Shown one piece after another: positions 9,742 through 24,697 of a stretch of DNA of 64,000 nt; positions within the stretch are counted from its first letter, which is position 1; every line of letters begins with the position of its first letter. Below the pieces are notes generated by a model that did not search any database, was not told the DNA's origin, and was given only the letters and a program-made list of their open reading frames with translations. Both the position numbers and the translations under genes were made by a program. Origin of the DNA: Botryllus schlosseri (lineage: Eukaryota); contig CM119383.1 of the NCBI GenBank assembly GCA_051294905.1, forward strand, positions 10,168,001 to 10,232,000. Reading direction: 5' to 3'.

Positions 9742-11276
9742 CTGTTAAAAATTGAATAACTTAACACCAAATAAAAAGCGGACATTGTTCATCGCGTTGC
9801 TTGATTGTAATTACTGATGATACTCAGCTGGAGTATACATACATATCGGGATATCTACGAATATTAGTCCTAATCGGTAAAAATACGGGCATGTAATCGT
9901 GACTGGATAGTGGATACACTCCGGAGTCTCAAAGCACACTGATTTCGGATTCTATCGATTGAACGGCACGCGAGCTATGTTTGTGACGTGAGTGAGCAAC
10001 CCAAGCAAGTTTCGAATCAACGTTACAGAAATTACTGCCTGCAACTGTTCCTAGTAGGTACAGTTATTTTCCGTAATTTTTTTAGCTGACTTTCACATCA
10101 CTTTACATCGCGAAACCGTTTTGGACGGTTCCTTCATTCGCGCGGAATGGCGATTTTCGTGGTGATGCGTGACGCAGATAAATTGGTAAGATAAGATTGC
10201 TTTAGGATCATAAAGAAATTAACAACGAATCAAAGTTGAACCCCTCCGTGTCAAACACATTATGTATATCTGAAGCAAAGCATATATATGGAGCGTAACC
10301 AATAATCATACTACTACATATCACCGTTATGAGTTTTTGTAACCTTTGAAGCAGTGGTGTACCACGCCGGGTAGCATATTGTCAGAAATAATTTTATGGC
10401 AACCATATTGTGTTGTGTATATGCGCTGTGTGATCGACGCATTAGCGTAGCGACGCGGTGGCCCATGTATGATTCGCTTTCCCGGTTCGTTTTTTGTTAT
10501 GTTTAGAGGATATTTGCCGCCTCCGTTTGGCATTATGCATGTACGGATTGGGTAAATATAATTGCACTTGGCGGTTATCATACAACGACCCAAGGAAACG
10601 CGCTTGAAAACAGAAAAAAGTTCGGAAGATCACGGAGGTTGACGATGACAAATAGCTATAGCAAGAGAGAACATAATCGATGAAATGATACATCGCACAA
10701 TAGTAGTATAGACGATAAGTCTACATGATTCATCAAATATACGCCAGAAAACCGCAGAATCACGTCGCAGAGTAACACGGACGGAGGCAGAATCGGCATT
10801 CTAATTATTTGCGTGACGAATATCATTAGGCCGAGAGTGAACTTTTCATGATCTGTTCATCAAGGCATACCGCTACACAGTGGGCTTAACATTGACCATT
10901 AAATGGAAGAATATTTATTTAGATTCAAACACTGCAACAAGGCATAGATGATAAGGAGAATCGGTGAAGATAATAAAACAAATACTAAGTCACGAACTGC
11001 GTATGGCTGGAATAAAAAAACACGGCAAGAATTCGCGCGCCGTTGCCAAATTGAAACACACGGTACTGGTCTTGATGCAAGTTTGCCGAAATCAATTTAT
11101 GATAAAACTTCAAGATAAATTTCGTATAGTGTACCAAGGTTGAAACTTCAATGCCGGCGATGATTACTATATAAACACAACGGAGACATGCCTATCATAA
11201 GGCTAACTTGGCTCACGCGAAATATTTGTCACCACAAACACGCGATCGCAGCTCGACAATCATCAAAGCCGATATC

Positions 11277-11467
11277 TGATAGGATGGATTAGCATTTGCT
11301 CCGCAAGCACGCTTAGAAAGGGACTTCTGTTGATGTAAATAGCAGATTATCTAATTAATCGCCCAGTGGGAGATAATTGCAAGGCTGATGATAGATAACG
11401 GAATTCGTCGATGATATGTATTTTGAGCTGATAACGCAGAGTTACGTAACTATGGCCTATCTTATCA
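11277..11467. promoter_or_regulatory. Cluster of 8 WGATAR sites in the GATA inter-finger intron (candidate autoregulatory enhancer)
   Basis: Sites start at 11277, 11347, 11371, 11389, 11393, 11429, 11457 and 11462, including two overlapping or tandem pairs. Confidence 0.6.
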
Positions 11468-14400
11468 CAATCACTTTGCACACCTATACATTGATATACC
11501 TGTTTTATGGCCGTCGCATTCAAACATTTATACACTAAATCACAGCCCACGGCCCAATGCTGAGATGATACCATCAGCCTATTATAAACGAGTTATCCGT
11601 ATATTCCATCCAGTCTACATATTGCTTACGATGTTGCTTAGGTGATTATAATGCTGCCTTCGAATTCGATGTAATTGCATAAGAGATTTCGCAGGGCCTT
11701 CTAGACGCGTACACCAAGATCAAGTGACTTATCAACATGACAGTGGAAATCTGCAGCTCTATCGAAGAACACCAAGTACTTGCATTTACAATCGCGACAT
11801 TCTTTTGAAATTTGATTGACGTTTCCCGAATCTGCGTAGCATGATTTCGCTGACACCTCGAACCTTTATTTGACGGCGCTTTTTCGGCGACTTACCCGTA
11901 GGGTACGAATAAACTGATTCGTTGACGGAAGTATAAATGCATTTTCATCTTAAAATAACAGCCCAAATTGCCGAAAAATAAATACAAAATCATCTTGTAT
12001 CCGTTCCGACTGAGTGTTTCTGTCACGGAACAAATTCGGCGTCAACAAATAGAAAATTGATGACGGGGTTTGAAAACCTCGCAATTTTCCCCTTGTTATT
12101 TTCCGACGTGCGGCTAAAATTGCCGCCGTTCAACATTACCTCAATTTTTTTATTCTCTTACATGCAAACCGAGCCCGTTATTGCTAGCATCTCGATGGAC
12201 TGGGTGACGTGTGTGAAAGAGTTATTGATAATATAACTGTAAACGTGAAAATATGTGCAATGACATTACCGGACGAGACGGTCTGTAACAATATTCCTGT
12301 ACTTTAACGAGAACGCAAATGGGGGCTACCTATACCTGCGCTCACTGAGATGGCTTTGATGCTAGATATCATCATTCAGAGCAGGTTTGAATGTAACGCA
12401 CATACATTCTGTTTAGGATATATTGTCAAGCATCAGATATTTAGCGAGCGAATTTGCATAGTGTTTTACTATGCGCGAAAGCAATGCAGTCATGCTGGCT
12501 AATGCAACACCACTGTCAAAAAATACTACAGAAATCACAATTAATTCAGCGACACAAACGGGTATTTGGTATTTCGTAATTTAAAAAGTGACACTCAATT
12601 AAGTACTTTCCAAAACTGATGTTATTTTGATCTGACTTGGAAAGCAGCTCTTCTAAATGTGTGATTGCAGTGTTACGACCCGTTTCCACTTATATTCATT
12701 TGACCCAATGAAAGGGCTGAACGCCTATGCATACAAAGCCGCATCATGAAAGTCAGAGGAATTTTCGGAATATAGACACGTATGGCTTGATGTGATGATG
12801 TCAGTTTCGAGTAGACACATATCGTCTATACACAGCGGTACTTCGATGCTTATTGCTGCGAATCGATTTCGCGCGTCAAAAACATCATTAAAGAACTTTG
12901 ATTTGCAATAATCCTGATACGACCTCGTGTCTTGATAGCTCTTCCTTCCTATTGCGGGAGTTAACGCGTGTGATACATTGCCACATCGATTCCTTTTCGT
13001 TGTATTTCCAACGATTAGCCCTCATTTGCGTGATATTGACTGCATCAAACACTTGAAAACAGCGATCGACCTCGGCTAGAGCTGATACAAGAATCGCTTT
13101 TGGCGCTTCGTTACTGGGAATTCGCAATGGTTATGGAAATGATGGTGTCTTGATCCAGATGCAGTGCTTTGTGTAGGTAAATTGTTATCATGACGTCATG
13201 CAGCTATACCTGACTTATTAGTTGATATGGAGCAATATGACAATACCGGCCAGTGTAGAAAACACAAGCAATTATCAAATCATATAAATCCTGTAGATTT
13301 ATCGCACTACAATCATATATACTAATCCCGAACGCCGTAATTTTCACGCCCCATGCAAACCGCTTTATAGCAAGTTCAACTTCCATTTTCCACACCAACA
13401 CACATTTTCGTGCACAAGCACTCCGAAAGATTTTAGCGAAATTGGCGCATTCATTTTCACGCCTGTGTTATTACAGCAGGTCTACATGATACATAAAATA
13501 CACGTTGGTGTCTGCTTCCACGAATCGGACGAAACATAACTATGTATAGCCGGGAAATCGTGGAGCAGTTATTGGGTACGAAGTTTTCGGTTTTCCGTCG
13601 GCAGAAAATATAGGAATGAAAATCTAAATGTCAATGTGAATGCATAAATTGTATATGATGATTCTGCAGCCATTATAGTTTTGATTGAGAGGTAGACATT
13701 AAAATGACATTTAGCATTCAGAACAGTCTGATATCAGTGTGACATCTAAGGGATATCTGAATGGTGACGTAAAATATATACAAACATTGCTGGAAACCAT
13801 GAACTCCAGCTTTTTAGTAAACGCGTTCGGATATAGTTATACTGGTCGGTAATCGCTGCGCTTAGAGAAGATGCATGGACGCATGGTATATTACGATAAT
13901 TATTTAGGAAAGATTCACTTAGCATTTATAGCTTTCTCTCTACCAGAAGCTTTACGACTATCCATCTTTGAAATGCACGATACTAAATATCAAAGAAGGA
14001 GATTATGCGAGTGGTTTCTGTACATTTGATACATTGGAAGTTGGTACTTGATACCCGATACCAGCTTGCTACCAATAGCGAACAGTAAAAAATCTTAATC
14101 TTCCTGCTACGTTCCGCAGTTTTTAGTCACCATTTTGGCGATACTTCATTCACGCTGTAGTGACGCCACGTCCGATTTGTGTTTCAAGAGATTATCCCCA
14201 GGCTGTATCTGGATGCAATTTATCATCTTCATCTGCGTACGAGATCGTTTACCCGTCGGGTTGGTTGTGTGTAACAATCACGATGTTATTTGACTTTGGA
14301 TTTTACGAATCTGTACAATCCAAAGGTAAAATCGGGCAATGTAATGTTGCAACGGTTGATCTCGACCTTGCGCATTAGAAAGTTCAAAGGCACCTGGATT

Positions 14401-17400
14401 TATGCTACTAACGCTTTGTTGCCGATACGGTAGCGAGGTGTCTATGCGGAAATAGATCTGTACAAGTCGCCATTTTGATTCGCGATCACCGTCGATTCCG
14501 TTCGCTACATCAGCGACGTTGCGAGATTAATCTCCACGTTTGAAGGCGCATTCCCGAAGGGACGCCAAATTATTCTAATAGCACAGTGAGAGTAAGTTCT
14601 GCACCTCATGATAACGTAGGCATACTATATTTTCATATATTCGACCAGGTAGCCTACATCACCATCAGATTTCGCGATAAGACAGGTTTTAAAATTTGAG
14701 GAATCGAATGGCATTTGGAGTAACGATTAACCGCTGTACGTATTTTTGGCGATAACAGTTCAATTTAGCACCGGCGCGAATGCGAGTTTTCCGCAAAAAT
14801 CTAGTAAGCCGTCAAACACGAGAAAGAAGCCATCGCTTGTTGAAGGGCGCAGTACTCACGTAGAGAAAGAAATGAAAGATTCATGCGATTGTGACATAAT
14901 AATAAGCACCGGCGTATACTCAATCTCAAGAAACGTCAACGTTACATTCTATGGAAGCTTTGGCGATCAAATATTTTATTCTGCCTTCGCAATTAGGTCG
15001 TTCAAAGGTCAATTATGTAGAGTACATCACATTGTGATCACCGATCACCGCGATTACAATACTATGAGCTGCACGAAGATGGCTTGGACTGGGTACAAAC
15101 TATACGTATGAGCTAAATTCTATATGCTTTCTGCAAATGTTGGTGGTTATGAGATTTTACACGCACACCCATTGCGAAGGCAACATCTTGGCTATATTTG
15201 CACACTATGGAGTACTTGTACGTACAATTTACAGCCGTGTACTTGTATACAGGTTTTATTTATTCCGGTAGATTGTCACGCCGGCAACCGTGACATCAAC
15301 ATGACCAAGTAGGCATCCCTTAACCGTTCATGCAGACTTTCTGTCGTACACTATAGCCCCCTTCGTTTATTTCAAATGTCACAATATTTTCTTTTTCCGC
15401 AATGGAATATTTATGTCATCCGACTCAGAACTAGGCACTCATATGTTTCCACCTACTCATAGACAGAATAATTTATGAATCCCCAATTTTTAAGCGACCT
15501 TCCACCGAAGGGCTTTCTCCCAGCGTTGCCAGTCAAGATTTACGATGCAAGACATTGTTTACCGTCACTGGTTTGAGGTTAGACATGCCCACATCATGCT
15601 TTCTACACTTTCTACACAAAATGAATCCCAGATTATATATTGCACAATTCTGACGCGTGCAATGCGGTATAATCATGATGGCAATCTTGGGCGACAGTTT
15701 TCTCAAACTTGCCGTTTCTCAAGCATGGTAATACTAACTATAACATCAGTAATTCGAGATCAATTTCATTGATACTGATCTATCTGCGATTCCACTATAA
15801 AATCGAATATGTTACTTAACAATGCCTTCTGTACGCTGGCTTCACGTTTCTCAAAAATAGGTCAATTTGTAGAAAGCGTACGGAGTGACGGACGCTGTGA
15901 TTTCATAATTGTGTGCGATGCGCATCTCGCTGCAGTTACCGGATATGCTTGTTAACGTTGCGAGTGTAGCTAATCCCGCCAGCAATTTAATACTAAATCA
16001 AATTTGTGACGATTTCTCATATTCTATTTGATTCATGTTGTGATTGCCACATAAATTTCCAAAAGGCACCAGATCGCAAAGGAAATCACAATTGCTTGCC
16101 CCCATTAATTAACGAAGTACAAACTAGTGGAGAGATTAGGACTTACTCCATCGAAAATTTTTATTCGCGAGTACTTGGCTAAAAAATTAGGCATGGGGAG
16201 TATTATTAGCAATAAATAAAGGTATGGATTGTGACGTTGTGAATCTAAAACGTTACTGTTTGCACGAAATAATTGAGGCGAATTGTAAAACAAACGTTAC
16301 GACATTATGAGAATATGACCAATCAAATATTCGTAAGGTGTTAATAGATCTAAAGTTCTAGCTAGACAGTAGTCAGCCATTCGATAAATGAAAAGTGCGT
16401 ACTGCATAGTCTCACGCTCTTGGGTGATCGATGTGCAAGCTCCCTGACTAACTCGACAAGGTTATTTCAATTCCTTTGATCACAGCCAAGTGCACAATCG
16501 CCCTGTTATAGCACATCATTTACACCAGTCCGAGTAAATATTCGATTGACAAATTCTGCACAGGACTTTTGACCCTCGTTCGAGGCCTATTAGTTGCAGT
16601 TGATCAGCTCAATAACTCGGGTATTGTCGCGGATTATTAACTCGCCCACCCCGAATCGCAACACCGCGTAAAGCGAGACGCTATGATCCTCAACACCACG
16701 GGTGAACATAGAGAGCAATCGCAAGGAAGTTGTAAGAGACACGACGACGCGTATTGGACGTAAACAAGATTGCTGCACGACCGACTGTTGAAGAACTGAT
16801 CGAAATAGTCATTATCAATGCCATAAATGGCGAATAGCTTAACATCGTACGGACGTGATTCCTTAAAATTACTTTGGAAAACGGCGCAGATACACTGGCG
16901 TTCATCGCCTATTTAGGATTGTCTCGCACTTGTAAACAACGGTGGCACGGATGATCGATGTACATGACGGCGAGATTCCAGAAATAAACGAATCCAAATT
17001 CGGTAACTGAATATGGGAGCCCTATAGATTGATATCCGAAACGGGCATATGGACACATTGGACAGTATCAAACCCGTCGATGCAAAACCGATATATAAAC
17101 CCTTTACACAGAAAGACTTTGATTGATTACATATAGGGGACATGATTGTGTAGCTAAAATTGAGTGTATAGACTTGATCCGGGGATAGCCAGAGAAATGA
17201 AAAGGCATATAATACTTGTAACTGAAGGCTGACGAACCTAAACGACACAAATGCACAAATGGGGGCTGGGGGAGCAACAGCCCCACCATTTATTCGGCTG
17301 GGTTAGTTTAAGACGCGTCATGTTAGTGTGAAAAACTATAATACATCAGAAAATTGCCGCTTTTCAACAACGTGAGGTCATTGAATTTGCAAGGTCACAG

Positions 17401-17461
17401 TTGAACCGTGTCATATCTTCTTGATTTACACTTTTAACATCCCATTCCAGACACAATTTCA

Positions 17462-17770
<309 letters not shown>

Positions 17771-20581
17771 TTATCAGTTTCCGTTACGAGCGAGAAATCA
17801 GATATGAAACACAGTAAGGCGAAACCATCAGTACTAGTGCGCATTCTCGGTTTCAAAATGGAATGCGTCGGTATAGGAAGTGATGCTGGCTGGATATAAT
17901 TCAAATTCGCAAAGAAATCTAACCCGGCTACACAAATCGGCACAAATATGGAAAATCGTGTCGGTGATACGATAGTAGCGCGCGCGTCATCTGTATTGAA
18001 TCGAGATTGGTTTCATCTCATTCATTGATATCTCTTGAAACAAATTCGCGAAACGGAGATTTCCAAGTCAGGAAACGCGATGAATGAAACATTTGATCCG
18101 CCCGAAGCTAAACCTTGCAACGAAGAGCCCGAAGGCTCGTCAAGTAAAAACGGGCGTTTATTTCAACGATTTAACCGTCAATAGGCGACGGCCGATAGCT
18201 CCCTTATGTTGAGTTGTGATGTGAAAGATAGCATGATTTCCATTCCAAAAATGGGGTGATGGGCAACAACGCTTTTCATCATCCACGGGTAACGTACATA
18301 CGGCTATCGTTAACCCCGGGTCAACGTTTGTAAAATTAAATTTAAAAAAAAATGTGAACCTTTACCCTTACCTCCACTATATAATAATCAAATTATAAAT
18401 GTAAAGTTATCAAATGAACTATAGTACCAATACACAATACAGATTTCAGACGTAATATCGCGAACAATAGTTACCATGATTTTGTAATAACGCTGGTACA
18501 CGACAGTCGAGAGCATTTGATGATTCGAATTTTCACTGATAAACGTATTAGGTATTGGTGATAAGCAGCAATTAGTATTTTTATGAATAAAAGATATCAA
18601 CCAGTCAAACAACATAAACCGAAAAATATCAGTAACTAATATAAACCTATCGGGTCACAAATCGGCGTGGGAGATCTATCCCTAAATAGGACATCTTGTC
18701 AATGTTGGGTCTCCACTGGGAAGTAAACGGGAGTTTTATAGTGAGCCTAAATTTATGTCACTAAATGAGGCGAAATTTAACTTAGATAGATTCACACAAT
18801 AATAATTATATATTAGATCGTTTTTCTCTTTCCTTAACATAATCTCACAAAGCTCAACGGGAATCATAAAACAACGGAATCATTCTTTTTTTTTCGCAAT
18901 CGCTTCTAATATCAAAACCGTGCATTGAGATGAGATGTGGTTTATCGCTTGCCTTCGAGATATATCACGATAATTATGGCATAGCCGTCACATGATGCAT
19001 GGTAGTTCTGACACGTTACCTTGCAAATGCGACACGCACAAAAGCAATACCCAGCGACAATATATTCTCGTTTAATCATACCGATTTCTACAACGCCCAG
19101 AAATGTCGGTCAAATGCAGGAATGCACAAAGAAATATTCAGGAACGCGGTCACTCCAGTTACGTGCTTGTGACAGTGCGTCTGATAAGTGTTACACATTA
19201 CAGTTTGGTCGAACGTGCTGTTGTCGCTGCATTGCTTGATAAGAAATGACAACGCTGACAGTGACGAGGAAATCATTTTCCAGCAGAGAAGACTACTTCC
19301 ACTTCTAAGTAACAGTTTTCTCGGCAATACTGTATATATATTTTTACGTCGTGAATTTTGATAGTATAAAGAAGTTTTTGCATACGCATTCATTACTTAT
19401 ACGAGTAAAACTGTCACGACAACCGGTAATCGAATATATTTTTGAAAATGTTAGTGTCATTGGTCATCTTTTTGAAACTAATTATTCGAGTACTTTAGAT
19501 CTTCATTATCCTATTCTACTGAAAGTAGTTCTGACATGTCTTCCAAATTTATACTTCTACATGTAATTGAGTAAAGTACTTCTACTTGACTAGCAACGCT
19601 AACTACTTTGACCACCTCTGCTTTTCAGCGATGTCAACTTGGATAGGTTATTATCGAATGCGTTTCCTCGAAATGGGGACTCTCGCTATAAAGCAAACGG
19701 ACGCAGGGCCAGCGCTGGAAGCGCATCAACGCGCGGATTGCACAAGGCGCGGATTAAACTTTACATCACTCTCACGCAGGAAATGCTCCCGCCTTGATTA
19801 TTCTATTCGCATTGCTGATCTGCGAGGCCTCGCGTCGACGGCTTTCGCGGAATTTCGAGAAGAAGAAATGAATCTGTCGTGTCGATCCGTCGCAGGCCAT
19901 TGTACGGTCAGATTTCACATTGTAAAAACGACGCTCGCATTGAAAGGCCCGTTCAAAGAAAAGTATATTATTTGAATTGTGCGCTGTCCTGTAGAGGCGC
20001 GGTCCGGTGTCTCCGCTGTATATTGTGAATCGCAGTTCTAAATGGATATTTCCGCACGCGCAGCAAACTGAATGTGCACGGTTCATTGTGTCACGGGTCT
20101 CAGATAGTGATATATGAATACGATCTCTATAATTCCAATTCAGGATTTCACATGAGCACAAATTTATTCATTGATCAAAAATTCTGAGTTGAGCAATATA
20201 TAGCTGTATTACGAAATGATAATTGTAGGCATACTTATATTACCATCGTTTACAGTAGATGTGACTAAGCGATGTGAATTCATATTATTGGTGTCATCGG
20301 TTCTTGAAGCTATAATCTCGATTCAATGCATTGATCAAACACGAAACCTATTTCTAATATATATTTACATATTGTCAATTTAAAAACTGCTGGCATTTCT
20401 AATATTGTGACGCCACCATGAATGTGATGTCACAGATAGAAATAGCAAACATTGAATTTCGTTATATATATCCATTGCGAATAGATGGGATGCTAAAGCA
20501 TAATTTATAATGAGCATGGTTTATTAGATAATAGCTCAAAACAAGTCAATACTATTTTGAATTATATTTACATATTCATAC

Positions 20582-21451
20582 CTGTGCAAGATCTTGCTTT
20601 GCTGCACCTCGACTTCGATAGATAAGTCGGCGTAGACGATCCAGAGCCGAACATTGCCGGGTTTTGGAAACCGGGGTTGCCGCCCATGTAATCGCCGACG
20701 GTGGAGTTGATGTACGGGTGATGAGAATACGGCAAGATGGCTCCGGCTCCGCCTCCGGATATGCTGCGCAGCGTAGATTCCACGCCCTGACTCAGCTTGC
20801 TCAGAGAGTTGGACTGGTGGCCGACCGACATCTGGTGTGTCGGAGAGTGATGCTCCGTTGGGTATTGGTGATGCTGACTTTGACTTTTGTGCATGGAATG
20901 ATGGGTGGGGCCGGTACTTAAGTCAAGTTCCCGCGACGGGGACGAGGAAGAGTGTTCTGAACCGGTTGGCGTTAAGTTTGGCGGTAGACCGTGAGATGTG
21001 GAAGGTAGGCTAACCGCCAAGTTGCCGGGCTCAGCCTCTTCCTTCGGCGTGGGAAATCCCGAGAAAGACATTGCCGACGATGTATTGCACGTTGGGTTGT
21101 TGCTATTGTTACCGGTCGGGGTGTGAGGGTCATTAGAACGTACGCTAGGCGCTCTACAGCTCATACCAGATTCAGAGGCTCTGTCGCCGCAGTTTGCCTG
21201 ACTCGATGCGGTTGAATGTTCGATGCTATTTGGCGGTAAGTCAGCCGAATTGCTGGCTGACGCGTCCGTGTAGTCTACGGCATACTTATCCGCTTGATCC
21301 CACGCTGCAGACTTCGGAAAGTGCGCCAGAATCCCCGCACTCGACGCTGCGTTGGAGTCGAACCAGGGCAGTCCCGCCGACGAGTGGTGGGAAGAGAAAG
21401 GATGTTGCTGGTGCAGTCCTGGTCCCCTGTCGCTTCCGCCTACCCTGGCAA
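20582..21451 (-). CDS. GATA1/2/3: GATA1/2/3, coding exon 2 (transactivation region)
   Basis: 870 nt, phase 1/1, gattcag|..|gtatga. Contains LPWFD, FSGFPTPKE and KARSCT(E), motifs of the GATA2/3 N-terminal region. The acceptor is inferred from frame; an upstream in-frame acceptor at 21647 also exists. Confidence 0.88.
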
Positions 21452-21637
21452 CTGAATCGAGGTCGTCGGGAGTGAGATTTGAAATGTAAGAAAATATACG
21501 GCCAACGTCCATGTTGGAATACAGAAACGAGAAGTTGTTGGCGAAATCGATGTCGCCGAATACTGGGTTGAAGTTTGGGTTTCTGCCGGACTTCATACTC
21601 AAATCCATACTAGCGTTTAAATTACACAATCGATGCC

Positions 21638-21644
21638 TTATATA
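21638..21644 (-). promoter_or_regulatory. TATA box (TATATAA) of a candidate internal GATA promoter
   Basis: Lies 36 nt upstream of an in-frame ATG (21608) that reads into GATA exon 2. Confidence 0.35.
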
Positions 21645-24600
21645 CGCTGTAAGATCATTTACGTTCACTTTTCACTGTTAGTTTCCATGATATGAACGAT
21701 TCTAAACAATTTTGATTGATATACGAATGCATTTTAGACATAGGCTAAATCAACGGTTGTACAAAGACTTTATATCGAGATATTCCCGATTTGTGCATAT
21801 CGGCAGTGGGAATCTACAAGAACCAGATTGTCAAAGCAAAGTCACTGTCTTTAGTCGACTTTTGACCCACATCCATACTGCTATGATTGATTATGTCTAA
21901 TTTATCATGAGACATTCCGAGGTTATGTAATAGCAGCCATGCAATCTGTGATCCTCAAACAGAGTTACGTTGCACTGATATGCAACAAGTTGCAGCGAAA
22001 ACACCGAAAAGGTCAAATTACTCTGGGGAGGGGTATATATTAGGATAAAATGTTAAGAAACATTGTTTTACAAGCGAGCGATCGTTATTGAGATAAAATA
22101 TTGTCAGATCACCGTCTAATCAACAGCGCGATCTCCCGGCTCACATGAACCAAGTCACGGTTAAATTGTGAAGGAATCATTACATTGAAATCGCGGTGCT
22201 GATGACGCTCTTTCGGATTGCTACTCCGCTCTAAATTCGTATCCTAAGATCTCCTAATGTATTAACTTATTCATTTCTCACGGCCATATGCCGGTGATTA
22301 AAAGTTCGCCCTGCTATAGATATTAGAACGATTTAGGTATAAGCTTAATCTGCTTCTCTCAAGTACCCAACTCAATTTTATCACCCTGCCAGAACGCTAC
22401 ATTTTCAGATATCAGGAATGAAATATTTCGACAGATTCCGCAGCTTTTATAAGGAGTAATACGTCGCGAAGAGCTTCCGGAATAGTTTGATTGAGTTCTC
22501 GCGCGGGGAATCAGACGCGCGCAGAATGAGGATGTGCTTTATATACTAAGACAGCTCGCCGGGCGTATAGCTGCAAAGATTTGCTGAATGGTATTATGTT
22601 CTGAACAGCATCGTACACGACAATTCAATGACACCCGCACAAGTTTTTTTTTTACATTTCAAAAGGTGCACTCAATATGAAATGGGATCTTTCGCGCCTT
22701 CAAATGCTATCGCATCATTTCAATTGGACAGTTCTGATAGCGACAGAATGGTGTAATGACATAATTAGGTGAATGTTGAAATGGTGTTCGATTTACAAAG
22801 ATACGCATTAGATCTTTCGACTCAAGCGCTATTATTTTTCGTTACTGATATACAATTATACATGCCAGCCTGTCACGAAATTTCAAGGAGCAATTGTCTT
22901 TTCACATCATATCAAATCGTGTATAGCAAAATGGCTTTCCTTCCTGTAATTCTGCAATAATTTTTGCGAGTACGCAGTTGTGTGTTATTTTACCTATGAT
23001 CACTGAGTACTGTCACTAGTTGAATATGACAAGATATTTGAGCCGATAACAGCACCATTCCCGTATCCCACTCCGAAAGCGTTCAAGTACATATATATAT
23101 GTAAATATACATTACCCCGAGTATACTCAAAACACAATTTTAATCCCGCGTGCTACAGGCGTACATTTCAAAGCTCGTGAGAGCGGTCATAGATCAAAAG
23201 CGCGGTATGTTGATTCTAACAAAATGGGCATTAGACATATCAACGGAAGGATGAGTTTAACTGTCGCCATTTTATCGTACCCATCTTTATATCAATGCCA
23301 TTTGTTCTGAATGCTCTGTAGGCTACTGCTCGGTGCAAGTAATTATTACCAATTAGGTCACGTCTTCGAAGCAGTCGGATGATGATCGCAAATACAAACT
23401 ACATGGCCATGTCGAATCAGTGGAATCACTTATATTATTAGTTGGAGGTTCATGTGAGTGAATTCATATCACAATTTGTTCAAAGGGTCGTACGAGGAAC
23501 ACAACAAATGTAGTATAATTGCAATGGCGTATAATAAGTAGAAATGTTTTCCGAGATATTATATTATCTGGTGATAACGGATATAGACTGTCCTCAATAT
23601 TGGTATTCGACCCGTTCGATATATATTCCCGTACGATTTGTAGTCTTCTCCCGCGATTTCAGTAATTGCTGGCATCACTTCCGACTGTAGAATATAGCTA
23701 CTTGCTCCTACTCACAAGATCACACCACATCGTGCGCATGTTTGATATGCAATATGCACATTGCGACTCGATTGGGAAGCATGCCTACTCCACCAAAAGC
23801 TCTTTTAACACATTCGCAAGTTTATTATTGCAATTGTTAGGGTCCTCACCCCTCTATAAGGCATAGCGTTTGTGATTCCGAAATTATATATCATCCAAAT
23901 GACATTTTTATGAAGTTCAGTTCCATTTTCTAGACTAGAATCATTTTGTGTCAGATAGTGATTAAATATGATGTTGGAAAATGCTGTTGTTACGGAAGTT
24001 TTCAGAAAGATCTACTATGCAATGTTTTTATCCACTCATTTTCTCTGCCATCGTGCATGTAATTTTTCTATACGGTTGAATTTCTTCAACACAGATATCT
24101 CCGCGTTTCAAGTTCAATAAAAAAAAATGGCGCGAGGAAGCACCCATGCGAAGCCAAATGATTCAAGCGATACGCGATTATCGCGGTAGACTATCAGATC
24201 TGAAATTTAGCAAGGGTAGGGATTAAACGATGACCCGGAATTGACTTGCATTACTCTAGAATACACAATACACTTATCGCGCCCATAAGCGACAACGAAA
24301 ATGTAAACGCGCGGCGTCAACCTAGGTGCGCGTGATAACACAACCGATTTTTCTATAATTCAATTCTCAGAGTACGCCAATTATCTCAGAAAGTTACAAC
24401 AAAAGTGGCCAATTTAGCTCCGCGTGCCACGGTCTATTTGTAACCTGACCCGGCAGATAAGCTATGTTACAAGATTTAGAAAAATTCTTGTACAGCACCA
24501 TTCAAATTTCGACAGGTTACATTTATACGTAATCACTGCGTTCCGATAGATTGATGACGTATAATTTGCAGATATCAACCAACACGTACAGGTACACGAA

Positions 24601-24697
24601 CTTTGCCGTATATTCTTCGGTAGACTGAGCCTATCAATCTTGATAGTTGTTCATATAGTAACCTATCTGCCAATTCATAAGTATGTACGGTACTCAC

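Noticed and set aside
16021-16031. Ascidian spliced-leader-like ATTCTATTTGA
   Set aside because: Only 11 nt match, with no following donor or Sm site; expected by chance.
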